Assembly (NCBI GenBank): GCA_964016885.1
Contig: OZ024741.1
Location: 34,100,001-34,164,000, forward strand
DNA: 64,000 bases
Direction of reading: 5' to 3'
Source: Eledone cirrhosa
Lineage: Eukaryota
A program made the position numbers and the translations under genes. Under the pieces are notes generated by a model, which saw only the letters and a program-made list of their open reading frames with translations, ran no database searches and was not told where the DNA came from. Below, one piece after another: positions 58,901-64,000 of this stretch. The number at the start of each line of letters is the position of its first letter. The first letter of the stretch is position 1.

Positions 58901-59775
58901 ACAACAACAACAACAGCTATAATAACTGCAGTGACAACAACAACAACAACAACAGCTATAATAACTGCAGTGACAACAACAACAACAACAGCTATAACAA
59001 CTGCAGTGACAACAACAACAACAACAGCTATAATAACTGCAGTGACAACAACAACAACAACAGCTATAATAACTGCAGTAACAACAGCTATAATAACTGC
59101 AGTGACAACAACAACAACAACAGCTATAATAACTGCAGTGACAACAACAACAACATCTATAATAACTGCAGTGACAACAACAACAACAACATCTATAATA
59201 ACTGCAGTGACAACAACAACAACAGCTATAATAACTGCAGTGACAACAACAACAGCTATAATAACTGCAGTAACAACAGCTATAATAACTGCAGTGACAA
59301 CAAAAACAACAACAGCTATAATAACTGCAGTAACAACAGCTATAATAACTGCAGTGACAACAACAACAACAGCTATAATAACTGCAGTAACAACAGCTAT
59401 AATAACTGCAGTGACAACAACAACAGCTATAATAACTGCAGTGACATCAACAACAACAACAACAGCTATAATAACTGCAGTGACAACAACAACAGCAGCT
59501 ATAATAACTGCAGTGACAACAACAACAACAACAGCTATAATAACTGCAGTGACAACAACAACAACAGCTATAATAACTGCAGTGACAACAACAACAACAA
59601 CAGCAGCTATAATAACTGCAGTGACAACAACAACAACAACAACAGCTATAATAACTGCAGTGACAACAACAACAGCTATAATAACTGCAGTGACATCAAC
59701 AACAACAACAACAGCTATAATAACTGCAGTGACAACAACAACAGCAGCTATAATAACTGCAGTGACAACAACTAT
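55995..59775. repeat. 3.8-kb compound satellite: GCTATAATAACTGCAGTG followed by a variable-length (ACA)n
   Basis: Direct reading; most units contain a PstI site (CTGCAG). Confidence 0.97.
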
Positions 59776-59929
59776 AACTCTACTGACAACAACAACAACA
59801 AAAGTGACAACAAGTGCAACAGAGATGTGCAGTAGGTGTTTGATATGTGTGGATGACATGAATTTAGTGTGTGTAGGCTGCAGTACTGTGTGTATATATA
59901 TATATATATGTGTGGGGGGGGGGTGCAGT

Positions 59930-60590
59930 ACTGTTGTGGTAGTTGTGAGGGTTGTGGTAGTGGTAGTGGTGCTTGTGATGGTGATGGTTGTGGTAGTTGC
60001 GAGGGTTGTGGTTGTGGTGGTTGTGATGGTGAGAGTAGTGGTTGTGGTAGTGGTGGTTGTGACGGTGAGGGTTGTGGATGGTGGTGGTAGTGGTTCTAGT
60101 GATGGTGGTGGTGAGGGTAGTGGTTGTGGTGGTGGTGGTAGTGGTCCTAGTGATGGTGGTGGTGGTAATGGTGATGGAGGTAGTGGTTGTGATGGTGAGG
60201 GTAGTGGTTGTGGTGGTGAGGGTAGTGGTTGTGGTGGTGGTGGTAGTGGTCCTAGTGATGGTGGTGGTAGTGGTTGTGATGGTGAGGGTAGTGGTTGTGG
60301 TGGTGGTGGTGGTAGTGGTTGTGGTGGTAGTGGTTGTGGTGGTGGTGGTAGTGGTCCTAGTGATGGTAGTGGTTGTGATGGTTAGGGTAGTGTTGATGGT
60401 GATGGTGATGGAGGTAGTGGTTGTGATGGTGATGATGAGGGTAGTGGTGGTTGTGATGGTGGTGAGGGTAGTGGCAGTGATTGTGGTGGTGACGGTTGTG
60501 ATTTTTGTAGTGGTGGAGGTAGCGGTTGTGGTGGTGGTAATGTGGTAGTTGTGGTGGTGGAGGTGGGGCGTTGTTGTAGTGATGATGGTG
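59930..60590. repeat. (GGT/TGA/AGT)-rich degenerate trinucleotide repeat
   Basis: Direct reading. Confidence 0.9.
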
Positions 60591-61099
60591 TATAGAGGAT
60601 GTAGAAATGGGGAGGTGTCTATGATGGATCTTTCCGACAGTGTGGGATAGCGGGATGGATGACTAGTGTGTGTGTGTGTGTATATATTTGTGTGTGTGTG
60701 TGTCTGTGTGTGTATATATTTGTGTGTGTCTGTGTGTATATATTTGTGTGTATTTGTGTGTGTGTGTGTATGTAATAATTGCAACATAGCATATTTCAAA
60801 AACTGCCATGTCAAGTATAGTGCTTTTGTTGTTAATGATGATGATGATGATGATAATGGTGTATGGTGATGCTGCTGATGATAATGGTGATAATAATGAT
60901 GGTGTATGGTGATAGAGGTGATGAGGGTGATGGCCATGGACGTCATCCTGGGGATACAATGTTTATTACCGCCCCTACCACCACACTCTATGTAGTCATT
61001 ATGGTAATGGTTATTTCCCAATGATATTGATAGTATTGATAATTATCACATTATCATCTATACTGTCATATTCTCCACCATTATCACCTCCACCACCGT

Positions 61100-62150
61100 T
61101 TATATTACTACCATCATCTCATATCACCACCACCATCATATCACCACCCACCCTATCATATCATCACCACCACCACCACCATCATATCACCACCACCATC
61201 ATATCACCACCCACCCTATCATATCATCACCTCCATCATATCACCACCACCACCATCATATCATCACCACCATCCCCATCATAGCATCACCATCACCACC
61301 ATCATATCATCACTACCACCTCCATCATATCATCACCACCACCACCATCATATCATCACTACCACCCCCATCATATCATCATCACTACCACCATCATATC
61401 ATCACCACCACCACCATCATATCATCACTACCTCCCCCATCATATCATCACCACCAGCCCCATCATATCACTACCACTCCCATTATTTCATCACCACGAC
61501 CACTATCATATCATCACCACCACCCCAATCATATCACCACCACCACCATCATCATCACCACCACCCCCATCATATCACTACCACCCCCATCATATCACTA
61601 CCACCCCAATCATATCACCACCACCACCACCCCCATCATATCATCACTACCACCCCAATCATATCATCACCACCACCACCATCATCACCACCACCCCATC
61701 ATATCATCACCACCACCACCATCATATCATCACTACCACCCCCATCATATCATCACCACCACCCCCATCATATCACCACCACCATCATATCATCACCTCT
61801 ATCATATCATCACAACCACCCCTATCATATCATATCATCACCACCACCACCATCATATCATCACCTCCATCATATTATCACAACCACCCATCATATCATC
61901 ACCACCACCACCATCATATTATCACCACCACCCTATCATATCATCACTACCGCCCCATCATACCACCACCACCACCATCATATCATCACCTCCATCATAT
62001 CATCACTACCACCCCCATCATATCACCCCCCATCTTATCATCACCACCACCACTCCCACCATCATATCATCACCACCACCTCCATCATTATCCTTTTGAA
62101 CATCCTCTTCACAATCATCAATACCAATATACCATCATCATCACCACCAA
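61100..62150. repeat. Compound repeat catcatatcat(cac)n
   Basis: Direct reading. Confidence 0.9.
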
Positions 62151-62335
62151 TACCAAAATGTAATTAACCCTTTACCTGCCAACCCAGTCAAAACCAACTC
62201 TGGTTCTATGAAATAAAACCATCCATTTTAAAGGTTTCTAATTTAAAAAAAAAAAATCTTCTAACAATTTTATATAAGAACCTTACATTAACTCTACAGC
62301 ACACAATATTTACCACGCAGTGTTTACCACATTTT

Positions 62336-62486
62336 CAGTACTAAATATTCTCTACATATTCAGTACTAAATATTCTCTACATATTCAGTAGTAAATATTC
62401 TCTACATATTCAGTAGTAAATATTCTCTACATATTCAGTAGTAAATGTTCTCTACATATTCAGTACTAAATATTCTCTACATATTC
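62336..62486. repeat. 25-bp minisatellite, 6 copies
   Basis: cagta(c/g)taaatattctctacatatt at 25-bp period. Confidence 0.93.
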
Positions 62487-63214
62487 ACCGTTGACCCTTA
62501 TGGTGTGTGGCCGATTGTCGCTCTTGGTGGTGTATTGATGGTTATTTTTTTTTTCCTGCTTTTCTTTTCGTTTTTCCTTTTCTTTTTCTCTCACCATAAA
62601 TTGCTTTCACCATAAATGTTTGTGCATTACATTTGTGAGGTTCCCAGCAATAATTAATTGTATTTATTATATGTGTTTATATCTGTGTTTAGATTTTCAT
62701 TTTGTAAGAACTATAAACAATTTGTAAAGTTATTTATACAAATGTGAACTTCGGAAAATAAAATGTTAATATTTGTTTTAAAAACCAAAAAAGATTTTAA
62801 AAATATTCACCACATTATTTAGAATTGTGTAAAATATAATTTGGAAAGGGGAACATTTTTCAACCCTCTCTGATCTGTTCACTGTCTAGTTCACTGTTGA
62901 TCACTGTGTCCAAATATTACCTCTCATCAAGCATGTCATCACCTCTTGTTAACTAAACCCCTTCTCTCTCTTCTCCCACCATGACCATCTGGCTGTACCA
63001 TTCTGACCTGCCATATACAAACAACTGTTCTTTATAAATATATACTTAAAAGCATGGCTCCTCATTGACACACTTTTTAGCTTCCACCTACACAATATCA
63101 GCTACTACCACCACCACTACCACCCACACTATCAATTACTACCACCCACACAATATCAGCTACTACCACCCACACTCTATCATTTACTACTACACAATTT
63201 CAGTTACTACTACC

Positions 63215-63490
63215 ACCACCACAATATCTGTTACTACCACCACCACTACCACCTAAACAATATCAGTTACTACCACCACTACCACCTAAACAATATCAGT
63301 TACTACCACCACTACCACCTAAACAATATCAGTTACTACCACCACTACCACCTAAACAATATCAGTTACTACCACCACTACCACCTAAACAATATCAGTT
63401 ACTACCACCACTACCACCTAAACAATATCAGTTACTACCACCACTACCACCTAAACAATATCAGTTACTACCACCACTACTACTACCTAC
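63215..63490. repeat. 33-bp minisatellite, about 8 copies
   Basis: caccactaccacctaaacaatatcagttactac at 33-bp period. Confidence 0.93.
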
Positions 63491-63619
63491 ACTATAAAAA
63501 GTGTTGGCAAACTCTAGGACAAATGTATATTTAGTCCAACATGCATTTTCAGTTTCATATACAAAGGGATGCAGAAAACATTAAAAGCACACTTCCACTC
63601 CATCCATGACCCTTCCAAA

Positions 63620-64000
63620 AAGGTTGGCAGTAGGAAAGGTACCTTACTTTCCTAAAATAAGTCAAGAGAACCCTTTAGTTGTGTTAAGGATATAACAACC
63701 TCCTTAATGTTGGTGATCTACACAATAAACACACCCAGTACACTCTGTAAAGTGGTTGGTGATAGGAAGGGCATCCAGCCATAGAAAGCCTGCCAAACAA
63801 TGGGTTGGGAGGACCCTTCAGTTGTGTCAAAAACATGACAACCTCTCTAGTGCTGGTGTCACGATAAAATGAATTTGGTACAGTGTGGTACTAACTGTTA
63901 AGTGAAGTACGAGCTCCTGACCTGTCCAGGAGGTCAGTAACGCCGCTTCACTACTGACTCGGTTTGTGAAGATTCATCCAACCCATGCTAGCAGGGAAGG
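63620..64000 (+). mobile_element. Degenerate SINE/RTE 3'-domain repeat running off the window
   Basis: gtggttggtgataggaagggcatccagcc and terminal ccaacccatgctagc, as in the RTE tails. Confidence 0.65.

Noticed and set aside
55995-59775. CRISPR-like repeat-spacer appearance
   Set aside because: Spacers are only (ACA)n rather than unique sequences, the context is eukaryotic and there are no cas genes.
59930-60590. Long-range pairing or G-quadruplex role for the GGT-rich tract
   Set aside because: Low-complexity complementarity only; mostly GG runs with no specific evidence.

Overview
Repeat-saturated, AT-rich eukaryotic (animal) DNA. The SINE families, the RTE LINEs and the abundant (TA)n/(CA)n/(ATG)n microsatellites suggest a mollusc, most likely an octopod cephalopod (inference). 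I can support no host protein-coding gene; nearly all long ORFs in the track are artefacts of simple repeats. Contents: one near-full-length and several 5'-truncated RTE-clade LINEs (APE + RT + PHD-like Cys motif, (ATG)n tails, the truncated copies sitting in (TA)n); two tRNA-derived SINE families, one sharing its 3' end with an RTE subfamily; a duplicated CRE-like retroposon 3' fragment expanded into an 87-bp minisatellite; a piggyBac-type MITE; an 11.6-kb 15-mer satellite and a 3.9-kb compound satellite. The most notable observations are: (1) long fold-back palindromes whose arms carry hammerhead-ribozyme-like cores followed by AATAAA, resembling Penelope-like pseudo-LTRs; (2) a 5S rRNA fragment fused to an RTE 3' tail; (3) a twin-priming-type 5' inversion of a short non-autonomous RTE derivative next to an unrearranged copy; (4) the 15-mer array is bracketed by canonical splice signals and varies mostly at synonymous Thr positions.
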